Source of the DNA: a virus
Taxonomy: Duplodnaviria > Caudoviricetes
Length of the DNA: 60,725 nucleotides
IMG/VR virus record: IMGVR_UViG_3300045119_000151
Coordinates: 1-60,725 of that record
Direction: 5' to 3' (one strand)
Shown here piece after piece: positions 25,575-34,598 of this stretch; within the stretch, counting starts at the first letter, position 1, and each line of letters opens with the position of its first letter. The notes under the pieces were generated by a model. The model was given only the letters and a program-made list of their open reading frames with translations. It was not told the origin of the DNA and made no database searches. The translations under genes and the position numbers were made by a program.

Positions 25575-27431
25575 TTATGTTCCGGTTATGCAGAAATTGA
25601 AATCCATATCCGCCAAGCCGATCGTATTGACAAACGTCTGCACACTAATTGATGTGGGGCTCGTTGCGATAGCAGCCACCGTATTATCAAGACCAAGCGG
25701 AATTCCTTGCGGAGTGCATTGCGTAAACGGCTTGTTGGCAAAGCCAGCCGCAGTTACATCTATGGTATAAGAGCCAGTCCCGGCATGTGTAACGCTAGTG
25801 ACGCCGATGCTATTTGCTGCCAGCGCGTTTCCCTCAACCGCTCCCATTGCGGCTTTAAATCCAGTCAACGCCGTGACTACAAAGAACCCCTTCGTGCCGC
25901 CGCTATCGGTTCCGTAGTATTTGCTGTTACCGGGAGAGGCAGCATCGTTCACCAGCGACAATGTACGAGTAGCAGTAATATCGCCGCCACCTGTTAGCGA
26001 ATTTGCAGTACTGATCGAGACTGCGGTGTGATCGACATTGCGCGTACTCGCCGTATCAAGTGCCACGTCATTCGCATTGACGGTAATACCGGTGCCTTGG
26101 CCGACGTCAAGAGTACGCGTAGCGGAAATGTCACCACCGCCCGTCAACCCAGCACCAGCAGTGATCGTCACCGTTGCATGATCTGTGTTTCGCGTACTCG
26201 CCGTATCAAGCGCCACGTCATTCGCATTGACGGTAATACCGGTGCCTTGGCCGACGTCAAATGTGCGATCAGCACTTAAGTCGCCGCCGCCAGTCAATCC
26301 AGCACCAGCAGTGAGCACACGAGTATCTGAAACACCCCCCAGGTTCGCGAGCGCAGTTGGAGCTGTCGTTGCCCCAGTGCCGCCTTGCGCGATACTGACC
26401 GGCGTCACAATCAAGATGGTCTCAGCATTGACGACATTGGTGCCGTCGCAGTAGAGGATCGTACGCTGAGTCTGCGGTATGGAAATACCGGTTATCTGAG
26501 CAGCCGTTTTAACGGACAGAGTAAACGCACCCGTCGTCTCGTTGTCCACCCAGTATTGCTGCACTGTATTTGGCACGATGACATTGCGATCACCGGTCAG
26601 TACGCCAGTGAACTTGTAGGCAATACGGTTGAGTTGTGCGCCGCTAAGCGTGTAGTCGCCCGTCCCGGCCACATTGATTGAGATAAAGTCGAACACTGAG
26701 TTGACTTGCTGACCCAAGCCAACGGTATGCAAATTCGTTCCATCGGAATAGATGAACGCTGACTGGTTCGGGCTGAAGTTAATCGACGCGCCATCGTCAA
26801 TCGTTCCCGCCGCCGCAAGTAAATTCACCGTGCCGCTACCGGCGTTCTTCACGATGACAAACCAGTCCGTACCAACAACGGAAGGATCGGGAAGCGTCAA
26901 CGTGCCCACGCCACCAGTCCACTCGATGACCTTCGCACGATCACCATCGACGATGGTGTAATCCGTGCTCTTAGCCGATGGCAGCATCGCTTCATTGAGC
27001 GTCGTCGTGACCGCCTTAAGACCGGCACCAGCCAACGCCCCGGCGTTTGCACTCGATGTGCCCGCACCCATCTGAAAGAGCTGCCACGTGCCGCCTGCAG
27101 TCGAGTTATCTTCGAGATAGATAAACCACGACAGTCCCGATGCCACTGTCATCAGTGTCGAGCCAGTCGAACTCTTAACCGAGAACGTATTCGATCCGAC
27201 GTTGTTGAATACAACTGGATACCCAAGCGAGCCTTGCGTCGCATCCGGGAAGATCACCGATAGACCACCAGCAGACGCCGTGACTTCGATGATCGCTGCA
27301 ACGACGTTCGTAGAGGTCGCTTGTTCAATCGGCCACTGCAACTGCACATCCGCAGTCATGGCGAGTTGAAGCAGAGATACTTGCGAAGGCAGGATCACAT
27401 TGCCGCCGAACACGTTAGTAAAAGTAGGCAT
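25575..27431 (-). CDS. Tail fibre/appendage protein
   Basis: Thr/Gly-rich; ILYCDGTNVV, VSIAQGGTGATTA..ALANLG and AGAGLTGGGD fibre repeats. Confidence 0.75.
   Translation of the reverse strand: MPTFTNVFGGNVILPSQVSLLQLAMTADVQLQWPIEQATSTNVVAAIIEVTASAGGLSVIFPDATQGSLGYPVVFNNVGSNTFSVKSSTGSTLMTVASGLSWFIYLEDNSTAGGTWQLFQMGAGTSSANAGALAGAGLKAVTTTLNEAMLPSAKSTDYTIVDGDRAKVIEWTGGVGTLTLPDPSVVGTDWFVIVKNAGSGTVNLLAAAGTIDDGASINFSPNQSAFIYSDGTNLHTVGLGQQVNSVFDFISINVAGTGDYTLSGAQLNRIAYKFTGVLTGDRNVIVPNTVQQYWVDNETTGAFTLSVKTAAQITGISIPQTQRTILYCDGTNVVNAETILIVTPVSIAQGGTGATTAPTALANLGGVSDTRVLTAGAGLTGGGDLSADRTFDVGQGTGITVNANDVALDTASTRNTDHATVTITAGAGLTGGGDISATRTLDVGQGTGITVNANDVALDTASTRNVDHTAVSISTANSLTGGGDITATRTLSLVNDAASPGNSKYYGTDSGGTKGFFVVTALTGFKAAMGAVEGNALAANSIGVTSVTHAGTGSYTIDVTAAGFANKPFTQCTPQGIPLGLDNTVAAIATSPTSISVQTFVNTIGLADMDFNFCITGT
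26041..26260. repeat. Intragenic direct repeat with 150-bp period in the fibre gene
   Basis: 26041-26110 and 26191-26260 match at 69 of 70 bases. Confidence 0.92.
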
Positions 27432-27434
27432 AGA

Positions 27435-28082
27435 TCAATCCTTCTCTCTCGATGTGTTGCGGTCGGCAATGCGGCGCAAGTCTTGTGCGTCAAGGCTCGC
27501 TTTCGACGTCTCGTAGGCTTCTCTCCATACAGCGATGCGCGAGTCATTCTTCAGGAATGGCTCACACTCAAGCAGTGATCGGTAGAGCAGCGTCGTCGAT
27601 GCCAAGTCCGTCAGCCAGTTCGTTTGATTCACATTGTCCAGGAACGGCGGTTGCTGATAAATATTCAGTTCCCACGGATAAGTAGTCACAGGAGTCGGCA
27701 CGATCAGCCAGTGATAAAAGTCGTAATCCGCATAGAACTTCGGGATACCGGTCGCCGTTGCATCGGGCCAATACTGCCGGCAGTACTCATACGAGCGTGG
27801 ATAGAGTTGCACGCGTTTATTGTTCGATGTGCCGACACCGAAGTTCATGCTCACGGTACTGCGCCAACGGTTCGGCTTTAAGTATGTCGGCGTGTTGATC
27901 ACGAGCGACGAATTCAGATTCTCGATGAAGCCGAGTATCTTCATGTCCTGTGCAATCTCGCGCTCTGCGTTATTGATGAGGCGCGGCAACTGGTCGTATA
28001 CCGTCGTGTCCTCCACGAAGCCGCGCTCAAGGTAACGCCGCAAGTCTTCTTGCAGAGAATTGAATGTCATCGCCGTAGACAT
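27435..28082 (-). CDS. Head-tail adaptor protein
   Basis: MTF.SL..D...YLERG, LINNAEREI, PKFYADYD, TNWL....LLY.SLLE..PFLKND.RI.VW pattern. Confidence 0.7.
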   Translation of the reverse strand: MSTAMTFNSLQEDLRRYLERGFVEDTTVYDQLPRLINNAEREIAQDMKILGFIENLNSSLVINTPTYLKPNRWRSTVSMNFGVGTSNNKRVQLYPRSYEYCRQYWPDATATGIPKFYADYDFYHWLIVPTPVTTYPWELNIYQQPPFLDNVNQTNWLTDLASTTLLYRSLLECEPFLKNDSRIAVWREAYETSKASLDAQDLRRIADRNTSREKD

Positions 28083-28086
28083 TTAC

Positions 28087-28308
28087 TTAGCCGTCCGTTG
28101 TTTTCGCAGCTGCCGCCGCGATAGCATCGTTAAGTCCCTTGATCGCCGCATCATCGGCAGACAGAAGCGGCGACCACTCATCCGGCGTCAACGTCTCTCG
28201 ACCTTCAGATTGCGCCTTCGCAACGACAGCAGAAATTTCCTGCGCCTTCGCATACAGTGCGGTTGCGAGATTGATGGCCTCTAACACCGTGGTAATGGTT
28301 GCACTCAT
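28087..28308 (-). CDS. Small lysis-cassette protein
   Basis: ATGA-coupled to the lipoprotein gene. Confidence 0.55.
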   Translation of the reverse strand: MSATITTVLEAINLATALYAKAQEISAVVAKAQSEGRETLTPDEWSPLLSADDAAIKGLNDAIAAAAAKTTDG

Positions 28309-28655
28309 TTGGCACTCCTAGAATTCAGATACGTTTGCAGTTGAGTTAAAATGTTCGTCGCCAATTGCAACTTCGCCGTGGCGGTTGAGTAGTCACCCGT
28401 ACCGGATGCCGCGCGTGCCGCATCAAGCAATGTTCTCGCTTGCTGAGCTAAGTCGGATACTTGCTGAGCATCCGAGACCGACAACGAGCCAGACTTAAGC
28501 GCTTGCGTCGCCGACGTCACGACAGCAGTATGCACGCCGTAGGCATAGGCGAGCGATTGATCGACGCTCTTTGCTGACGTAAGACCCAGCGATGAGCACC
28601 CAGCCAAGATAGCGATCAACGCTACCGAGAAAAACAATGTGAACTTCTGTTTCAT
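28305..28655 (-). CDS. Lipoprotein (possible spanin-type component)
   Basis: Signal peptide with lipobox ILAG-C; downstream of endolysin and holin. Confidence 0.65.
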   Translation of the reverse strand: MKQKFTLFFSVALIAILAGCSSLGLTSAKSVDQSLAYAYGVHTAVVTSATQALKSGSLSVSDAQQVSDLAQQARTLLDAARAASGTGDYSTATAKLQLATNILTQLQTYLNSRSAK

Positions 28656-28664
28656 AGAGACCTC

Positions 28665-28883
28665 TTAGATTCGACCCGCTGAATGCAAATACCCCAAAAG
28701 CAATGCTGCGCCAGCGGAAATGCTTGCTTCATCGCCAGCGGCAAAGTCTACGCCGAAGGCGTGACACACTCGTATGGTGATAACAGCGACGACACCGCCA
28801 ACCGCAGTCCATACCGTATTGGGTGATGGCACCCAGCCTGGCTTGGGATCTGATCCAGAGCCAGTTTGATTTTCATCTGTCAT
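28665..28883 (-). CDS. Putative holin
   Basis: 72 aa with two hydrophobic segments, next to the endolysin. Confidence 0.55.
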   Translation of the reverse strand: MTDENQTGSGSDPKPGWVPSPNTVWTAVGGVVAVITIRVCHAFGVDFAAGDEASISAGAALLLGYLHSAGRI

Positions 28884-28897
28884 GATTCAATTCCTCT

Positions 28898-29314
28898 CTA
28901 AGTAACTACATTCACCAATGATCGCCAGTTAGGCATCTGCAGGTGACAGCCTTCGATAAACGGCGAGTCAGGCGCACCGAACCACTCAAGGCCAGCGGAC
29001 TGCCCTAACTCTCCCACCTTAGACCAAATCGGCCCAGGATTTTTCACATCGAACGTCCATAGCGGCTTACCGTGCACCATCGGCACGACGTCAAGCGCCA
29101 TGCCGTAATTGTGAGCCGATGATCCGGGCTTCGCGTTCGTCACAATGTGTCCTGGCGCTGTTCTGCCTTGTGCATACAGTTCCGTTTGCTCAGCAAGACT
29201 GCGAAGCGTGCACGTGATGAGTACGTCGAGTCCGGCTGCTTTGCAACGATCTAGAAACGTCTGAGCCAACGGGCGTACGCGCGCATCGAGATCGTCTATA
29301 GAACGACTGCTCAT
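28898..29314 (-). CDS. Endolysin, M15 family L-alanyl-D-glutamate peptidase
   Basis: LRS.AEQ.ELYAQGRT.PG.IVTNAKPG.SAHNYG.A.D...HLQ. Confidence 0.92.
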   Translation of the reverse strand: MSSRSIDDLDARVRPLAQTFLDRCKAAGLDVLITCTLRSLAEQTELYAQGRTAPGHIVTNAKPGSSAHNYGMALDVVPMVHGKPLWTFDVKNPGPIWSKVGELGQSAGLEWFGAPDSPFIEGCHLQMPNWRSLVNVVT

Positions 29315-29395
29315 TTAAACCAACTTACTAGCCAGTCTTTGAGTCGCTGCCATCGGCTTTTCTTTGGTGCTGCCGCCCTCACCACTACATCATCG

Positions 29396-29743
29396 TCATC
29401 TCTTGGCATGATAGGACTCCTCTAGTTTTTCAAGAATCACCGCTTTGTTTGTCGCCTCATCAACATGATTCTGAAGCACTCGCACATGAGCATCCACGTC
29501 GGCTTGCTGCCTTGTCGCAATGTAAACCGAGAACAACGATGTTGCCGCACAGATACCACACAAGGCCGCACACAAGGCAATCGCCGATACACTCTTACCC
29601 AAATCAATCTTGATCGTATTCGCACTACCGCCTTTCTCGGCGCGAGTGGAATCGCCGCTAACCGATTCAGACGAACTAAACGGCGGACGCATGGGCAACG
29701 GGCGCCCTTCATCATACGTTCCGGTTTCAGTGGATTGCGTCAC
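29396..29743 (-). CDS. Single-pass membrane protein of the lysis region
   Basis: Central hydrophobic helix plus coiled coil. Confidence 0.55.
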   Translation of the reverse strand: MTQSTETGTYDEGRPLPMRPPFSSSESVSGDSTRAEKGGSANTIKIDLGKSVSAIALCAALCGICAATSLFSVYIATRQQADVDAHVRVLQNHVDEATNKAVILEKLEESYHAKR

Positions 29744-30105
29744 GGATGCTTACCCAGAGACATGACCCAAATCACGGCACCACCGATTGCAGCGATGACG
29801 ACCACGAGACCGCCGATGAACCTGATAAAGTTATTCGCACCTTCGAGTTGCTTCTTGACGCCAGCGCCGTCACTAGCCACGCCGGAGATCACCACATACT
29901 GACCTTCGATGCGCGCGAATCGCTCGCGGTCAAGCTGGTCATGCGCATCCTGCCAAGACTCCGAGAATCGCTGCGACGTTTCGATTCTCGCCACGCTCTC
30001 GGACATCTTGATACGCCACTGCACATCGTCATGGACGCTCTCTAGCATCTCCTTGGCGATGCGCTTCGCTTCAATCTCAAGTGCAGGTGGACGTGTGTTA
30101 TCCAT
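29740..30105 (-). CDS. Membrane protein (coiled coil plus C-terminal TM, hemolysin XhlA/holin-like)
   Basis: Probable start MDNTRPP just after the upstream stop; C-terminal TM helix. Confidence 0.55.
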   Translation of the reverse strand: MDNTRPPALEIEAKRIAKEMLESVHDDVQWRIKMSESVARIETSQRFSESWQDAHDQLDRERFARIEGQYVVISGVASDGAGVKKQLEGANNFIRFIGGLVVVIAAIGGAVIWVMSLGKHP

Positions 30106-30106
30106 G

Positions 30107-31540
30107 TTAGGTGCGAGAGTATTGGTAGATAAGGTGATCGACGTTATTGGTGACGTAGACAAATCGGCCGTTTGGCGTAATTCCGATACCGAACTTTCCG
30201 CTACCAGATCCCACATCTGGAGGCACTAACGGAGTCAATGCACCAGCAGAGGTGTTAATTGAGTACTGCAGCAGCGGCTCAGCGGCGAAGTACACGTGGT
30301 TACTATCTGGACTTACAATCAATTCGTTAATGCCGACCGACCCTGGGGTCACTGTGGCAGGAGACAACACTGCTAACAATCCTGACGTGATTGAGTACTG
30401 CGTAATCGATGGCGAAGAACTGTTAACCACATAGAAGTACAGCCCATCAGGACTAATGCCCATCGAAACCGCACTATTGCCGGTAGTCGCAACCGTTGCA
30501 GGCGATAACGGCGACAGCAATCCAGACGCAATAGAGAATTGCCGTATCTGATTCGAGTTGCCTTCCGATACATAGGCGTACAAGCCGCTCGGATGCACGA
30601 TGATTTCTTGTGCGTTGATTCCCGCAGTGACAGTCGCAGGCGATAACGGAGTCAATGTGCCGCCACCGCCAATTGCAAATTGAAAGACGGTGCTTGATCC
30701 AGAGGAATACAGATAGTTGCCGCTCGGATGCATCGCAAGTCCCGTCACGCCAGAGACAGCAGAAACCGTTGCGGGAGATAGAGGGGTCAGCGTACCACCG
30801 ACCCCAACCGAGAATTGCGAGATCGTATTGCCAGCGCGGTTTGCCACGTAAGCAAAGTTGCCGTTCGGCGTCACCACAACATATCCAGGAATCGATCCCA
30901 CGGCGACCGTTGCCGGCGAGAGCGGAGTCAGTTGGCCAGTGACGTCAATAGAGAACTGATTCACGCTGGCCGCGCTGAAATTCGTGGAGTAGAGGAAATT
31001 CCCCGTTGGATGCACAGCGACAGGACCGTAACTCGCTACACTTACCGTAGGAGGTGACAGCGGAACTAGCGGGCCTAAAAAGATGTAGGCGGACGTCACA
31101 GTCGGAGCAATCCCAGTGAGAGCCATGCCACCTACTGATGGTGCTCTCGATATCGCCACGTTTCTGATAGGCGCGCTACCAGCAAGCGCGAGAACCCCAG
31201 CACCCGGAACTCTCGCAGACGGTGCAGATATCGTTGGACTAGACCCGGTGATCGATAGCACTCCAGTATCTGGAGTAATCATTCCTGTGGTGATGAAGAC
31301 TGTCGGCGAAACGCCAGCACTCAGAGGCGCGTCAGGACGCACGAACGGCAAAATAATCCGGTCATCCTGCAATGCAGGCAATCGGTACGGATCGAAGTCG
31401 TCTGAACAATGCTTGTGCACGCGCAAGCCGGGGATATTGCCGTCGGGGACTAAGTCTTCGAGCGGCGCTTTGAAGTGGCACCGGTCGCAGGTTCCAACTG
31501 CAATGACTGCCCTGCCTAAAGTATTAAGAAACTTTGGCAT
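30107..31540 (-). CDS. Virion protein: N-terminal CxxC phage domain, PxxGxLxxxG stalk repeats and lactonase-like beta-propeller
   Basis: GTCDRCH..PGL.V..DDFDPYRLP..RPD N-terminus; repeated blades (HP.G.F.Y......I.QF.I...G.LTPLSPATV). Confidence 0.7.
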   Translation of the reverse strand: MPKFLNTLGRAVIAVGTCDRCHFKAPLEDLVPDGNIPGLRVHKHCSDDFDPYRLPALQDDRIILPFVRPDAPLSAGVSPTVFITTGMITPDTGVLSITGSSPTISAPSARVPGAGVLALAGSAPIRNVAISRAPSVGGMALTGIAPTVTSAYIFLGPLVPLSPPTVSVASYGPVAVHPTGNFLYSTNFSAASVNQFSIDVTGQLTPLSPATVAVGSIPGYVVVTPNGNFAYVANRAGNTISQFSVGVGGTLTPLSPATVSAVSGVTGLAMHPSGNYLYSSGSSTVFQFAIGGGGTLTPLSPATVTAGINAQEIIVHPSGLYAYVSEGNSNQIRQFSIASGLLSPLSPATVATTGNSAVSMGISPDGLYFYVVNSSSPSITQYSITSGLLAVLSPATVTPGSVGINELIVSPDSNHVYFAAEPLLQYSINTSAGALTPLVPPDVGSGSGKFGIGITPNGRFVYVTNNVDHLIYQYSRT

Positions 31541-32159
31541 TGCGCATCTCTTTATTCGCTCTACGTGCTGAAATAGACAGCGCGTTAGCGCGGCGTCTGT
31601 TTTCCCTTACAGTAACGGCATATTCTGGATTCTTCATCCTTTCCTTGAAAGTAGACACTGCATTAGCGTTTCGCTTCGCAGCATCTTCGCTGCTAACCGT
31701 ATCCCAATTCTTCCTTGAGGCACGCGAGCGAGATGCCCGATATTCTTGATCGAACTCGCTGTCAGACTCGCGCTTAAGTTTGTTATTTTTCTCTCTAAGA
31801 TACTGGGCAACTGATCCCCTATACTCGTCTGGTATAGCAGCCAAAATCTCTCTGGTTGGCGCTCCAGCAAAAGCGCCAACATTGTATCCGTTAGGGAATC
31901 GCGACCCTTTACTTTCTATGTGAAATCGCTCTCTTTCTTCAAGGGAAGGCTTGAGGCATTGCTCAAGTATCTCAAAGGAAAAATTTACCCACCCATGCTC
32001 ACGGATCGCTCTTTGAACAGGTGCTTCCTTCCCTCTCTTGGCGTCATGCTTGTGGCTATTTTTTCTACCCCGAATATCAACGCTCTGACCAACATATTGC
32101 CTACCATCCACCAGATTGGTGATGCAGTATATTCCGCAAAGTTTGTATTTGTAAGGCAT
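31524..32159 (-). CDS. Free-standing GIY-YIG homing endonuclease
   Basis: CGIYCITNLVDGRQYVGQS....R...H....AIREHG..NF.FEILE...ERE..I......GYN; visibly more AT-rich than its neighbours. Confidence 0.9.
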   Translation of the reverse strand: MPYKYKLCGIYCITNLVDGRQYVGQSVDIRGRKNSHKHDAKRGKEAPVQRAIREHGWVNFSFEILEQCLKPSLEERERFHIESKGSRFPNGYNVGAFAGAPTREILAAIPDEYRGSVAQYLREKNNKLKRESDSEFDQEYRASRSRASRKNWDTVSSEDAAKRNANAVSTFKERMKNPEYAVTVRENRRRANALSISARRANKEMRNAKVS

Positions 32160-32161
32160 CG

Positions 32162-33226
32162 TTATCTCGTGTACGGCGAGATATTCGGTGAGATATAGAT
32201 CGGCCCCTTCGCGGCGATGCCACCCCATGCGAGCGTGAGCGCTTCCTGTGCCTTCGATGCGATGCGGTTGATGTCACCTTTGAAGTCCGGGTCTTCATCC
32301 GCCACATTCTCAGCAAGACACCACACGGCAGCGTTGTACCAGCGGTCCGGGATTTCCAATTCCATCGTCATGTCGCCGACGTCTTGAATGCGCATGTGTA
32401 CTTGCGCTTCGATCAATTGGAAATTCGCCGCAGCGTTCGGCACCGGCCACAAGTTCATCACCGGAACCGTGCGCTGTACATCCTGCCAATACTGAACAGG
32501 ACGGCCTTGAAACGCCTTGTTAGGCAAGTTGAAATAGTCATCCTTGTTTAGCGGAGCCATCGGGATCGATGCCGGAATGCCCGCGACATAGAACTCACAT
32601 ACCGAGAGCGTCGTGCCACCCGTCGCACGAATGCGCACATACTGGAACGTATCCGGTGGCGTCGTGATCGAATAATCGTTCCATATCCACGTGAGCGCCG
32701 TGACCGCCTCTAGCGTGAAGGTATCAACCGTGGTCCATGTCGAGCCATCACCCGATATCTCGTAGACGAAACTCCATGTGCCCGTCGCGAACGGCAAGAG
32801 ACCGATCGTGTTGATATAGGTGGCATCGCCTAAGTTGACGGTGATTGAGCCATCAGTGGAAGTCTGTACGCACGCCGTGGTGAGATCCGAGTCGAATGCC
32901 GAATCAGCATCGCCTCCCGCATCCGTGCTATTGGTGCCGAGCAATCGCTGCATCTGCCGCAAGTTCGCATTCAGAACCTCGACGGTGCCAGTAAGCGCCG
33001 GAACTTGTCCTAGCCCCTGATAGAGCGGCAAGAGCTGCGTCTGAATCTTCCAGATCGGCACGCCCTTGCTCGCTTGCTCCATTAGCCACAGCCACAGGAG
33101 TTCAAGCGCAGAGTCGATCTTCTCTCCGCTGATTAACTCGGGTGGAATTTTGCAACGACGATACGCATGGTCGATGACCTGTTGCGTCGTAAACGTCGTC
33201 GCGCCTTCAGTGCCGGATGTTGCCAC
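32162..33226 (-). CDS. Head-tail adaptor/head-closure protein with inserted discoidin-like beta-sandwich
   Basis: MATSGT...F.....I..AYRRC, Y.NLPNK...GRP.QYW, IQDVG......IPDRWY. Confidence 0.7.
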   Translation of the reverse strand: MATSGTEGATTFTTQQVIDHAYRRCKIPPELISGEKIDSALELLWLWLMEQASKGVPIWKIQTQLLPLYQGLGQVPALTGTVEVLNANLRQMQRLLGTNSTDAGGDADSAFDSDLTTACVQTSTDGSITVNLGDATYINTIGLLPFATGTWSFVYEISGDGSTWTTVDTFTLEAVTALTWIWNDYSITTPPDTFQYVRIRATGGTTLSVCEFYVAGIPASIPMAPLNKDDYFNLPNKAFQGRPVQYWQDVQRTVPVMNLWPVPNAAANFQLIEAQVHMRIQDVGDMTMELEIPDRWYNAAVWCLAENVADEDPDFKGDINRIASKAQEALTLAWGGIAAKGPIYISPNISPYTR

Positions 33227-33330
33227 GAGCCCCTCATCGGTTCGTATTTCATGGTGTCAGCAAGCCGTGCGGCAAGCTCATGGCTAAAAGTGTTCGTATC
33301 ATGCCTGCTCTACAGCAGGGCTTCAAGCGA

Positions 33331-33960
33331 TCAGCATTTGATCATCGGTTTCGAGTTGAAACGGCCAAAGCCAACACGACCGCCACGCGCACCGCCCGCC
33401 GCAGCAATTGCCGCATCGAGTTTAGACTTGCGATCTTGCATGGCTTGCCCAGCCTTGGCGGCTGCACCGCTACCCAAGGCAGACGGATCGGGTTTCTTCG
33501 GCGGCGGTGTTTCGACTTTACCGCCATCGGCTTTGTGCATATGACGCATGGTCTCCGCAAGTACGGCACGCTTGCGCATGGTCGGGTTGTTCGAATGCGT
33601 CGCCTTCTCCAATTTCTTTGCAGGGATCGGCTGACCCTGCTTCGCATGCAATGCCGCACGCAGCGCACCGGGATGCTTAATTGCACCTTGAATGAAATTC
33701 TTCGGTGCACCACCTTTCGCAAAGCCAGACCGCAGCGGTGTCTTGCCGCCATACTCCCTGTCGAATTCGGTGACAGGATCGGCTCTCATGACAGCTGCAT
33801 TCCCTACCGTACCACCCTTTGCTAAGCGCACACGCGGAGCGCCGCGCGTGAATCCCTTCACATGCTGCACTTTGCCGGTTGAGCCCGTGAATCCATGCTG
33901 TGACGTGAACTTAGGTTCACCGTAGACGGGACCGCGGCCTGTGGGTTTAAAACCTTTCAT
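33331..33960 (-). CDS. Basic internal virion protein with multiple xAxGG motifs
   Basis: KNFIQGAIKHPGALRAALH.K.G..IPAKKL..A....KRA.LA.T motif; Lys/Gly-rich; GAGG RBS. Confidence 0.65.
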   Translation of the reverse strand: MKGFKPTGRGPVYGEPKFTSQHGFTGSTGKVQHVKGFTRGAPRVRLAKGGTVGNAAVMRADPVTEFDREYGGKTPLRSGFAKGGAPKNFIQGAIKHPGALRAALHAKQGQPIPAKKLEKATHSNNPTMRKRAVLAETMRHMHKADGGKVETPPPKKPDPSALGSGAAAKAGQAMQDRKSKLDAAIAAAGGARGGRVGFGRFNSKPMIKC

Positions 33961-33980
33961 GATGCCTACCTCAATCAAAA

Positions 33981-34595
33981 TTAAGGAACTTGAACAGCCG
34001 TCACATTCGTCGGTGCCTGCGGCGCGGGATTCACCGTGATCGATATCTGTTGCGACACATTCGGCGCCGTGATCGTCACGACTGCCGTGCTCGTGCGCGT
34101 TGACTCGATGTTGCCGGAATTAAATGCCGTCATCTGAAACCCATACGCACCGGGAGCCAAGCCCGTGAGTGTCGTCGTCGTCAGTAGCGGGCCAGGACTT
34201 GCAACCTTACTAAACGCGCCGCTGTTGAATTGCTGATAGATATTGAATCCAGTCAGATCGGTGAGTGTGCTTCCATCGGTATTCTTGGTTGGTGCCGTCC
34301 AGTTAATCTGCGCGTTGCCCGTCGTCCAGCTGCAATTCAGTACGAAGGTTGTCGATGCTGTGATCGCTGGGATAAGCTGGGAACCAGAGGGCGCTTTCGT
34401 TCCTGTCCATCCACCGGATGCCACGCATGAGCTTGCAACTGGCGACGTCGACCAAGTCAGTGTCGGCGATACGCTTCCGTTCCCGCTCACTAGATCGGCG
34501 TTAAGCGTGACCGTGTTGGCCGCCAATGCGGGAAGCGACATGAACGTGAAAAGCAGAACCGCAACGAGTGCTCGCATGTGCAAAAACATCTTCAT
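33981..34595 (-). CDS. Signal-peptide-bearing fibronectin type III/Ig-like protein
   Basis: ALA-A signal peptide; WTAPT.NTDGS.LTDL.GF.IY...GL.PG.Y.F.MTA.N...ES. Confidence 0.75.
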   Translation of the reverse strand: MKMFLHMRALVAVLLFTFMSLPALAANTVTLNADLVSGNGSVSPTLTWSTSPVASSCVASGGWTGTKAPSGSQLIPAITASTTFVLNCSWTTGNAQINWTAPTKNTDGSTLTDLTGFNIYQQFNSGAFSKVASPGPLLTTTTLTGLAPGAYGFQMTAFNSGNIESTRTSTAVVTITAPNVSQQISITVNPAPQAPTNVTAVQVP

Positions 34596-34598
34596 AAT

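Noticed and set aside
25575-27431. Diversity-generating retroelement at the fibre repeat
   Set aside because: No reverse transcriptase was recognised, the copies are tandem and in frame, and the best-matching 70-bp stretch has only one mismatch, so there is no adenine-specific mutation pattern.
30107-31100. 6-phosphogluconolactonase as an auxiliary metabolic gene
   Set aside because: The propeller is fused to a phage structural N-terminus through stalk repeats and has highly repetitive blades, so a binding role is more plausible.
31524-32228. Group I intron around the GIY-YIG gene
   Set aside because: Both flanking genes appear intact with their own stop and start, and there is no non-coding room for an intron core.
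33227-33330. Self-cleaving ribozyme (twister or twister-sister-like GCAAGC words)
   Set aside because: The required stems and conserved core could not be assembled by eye; kept only as a low-interest structured spacer.
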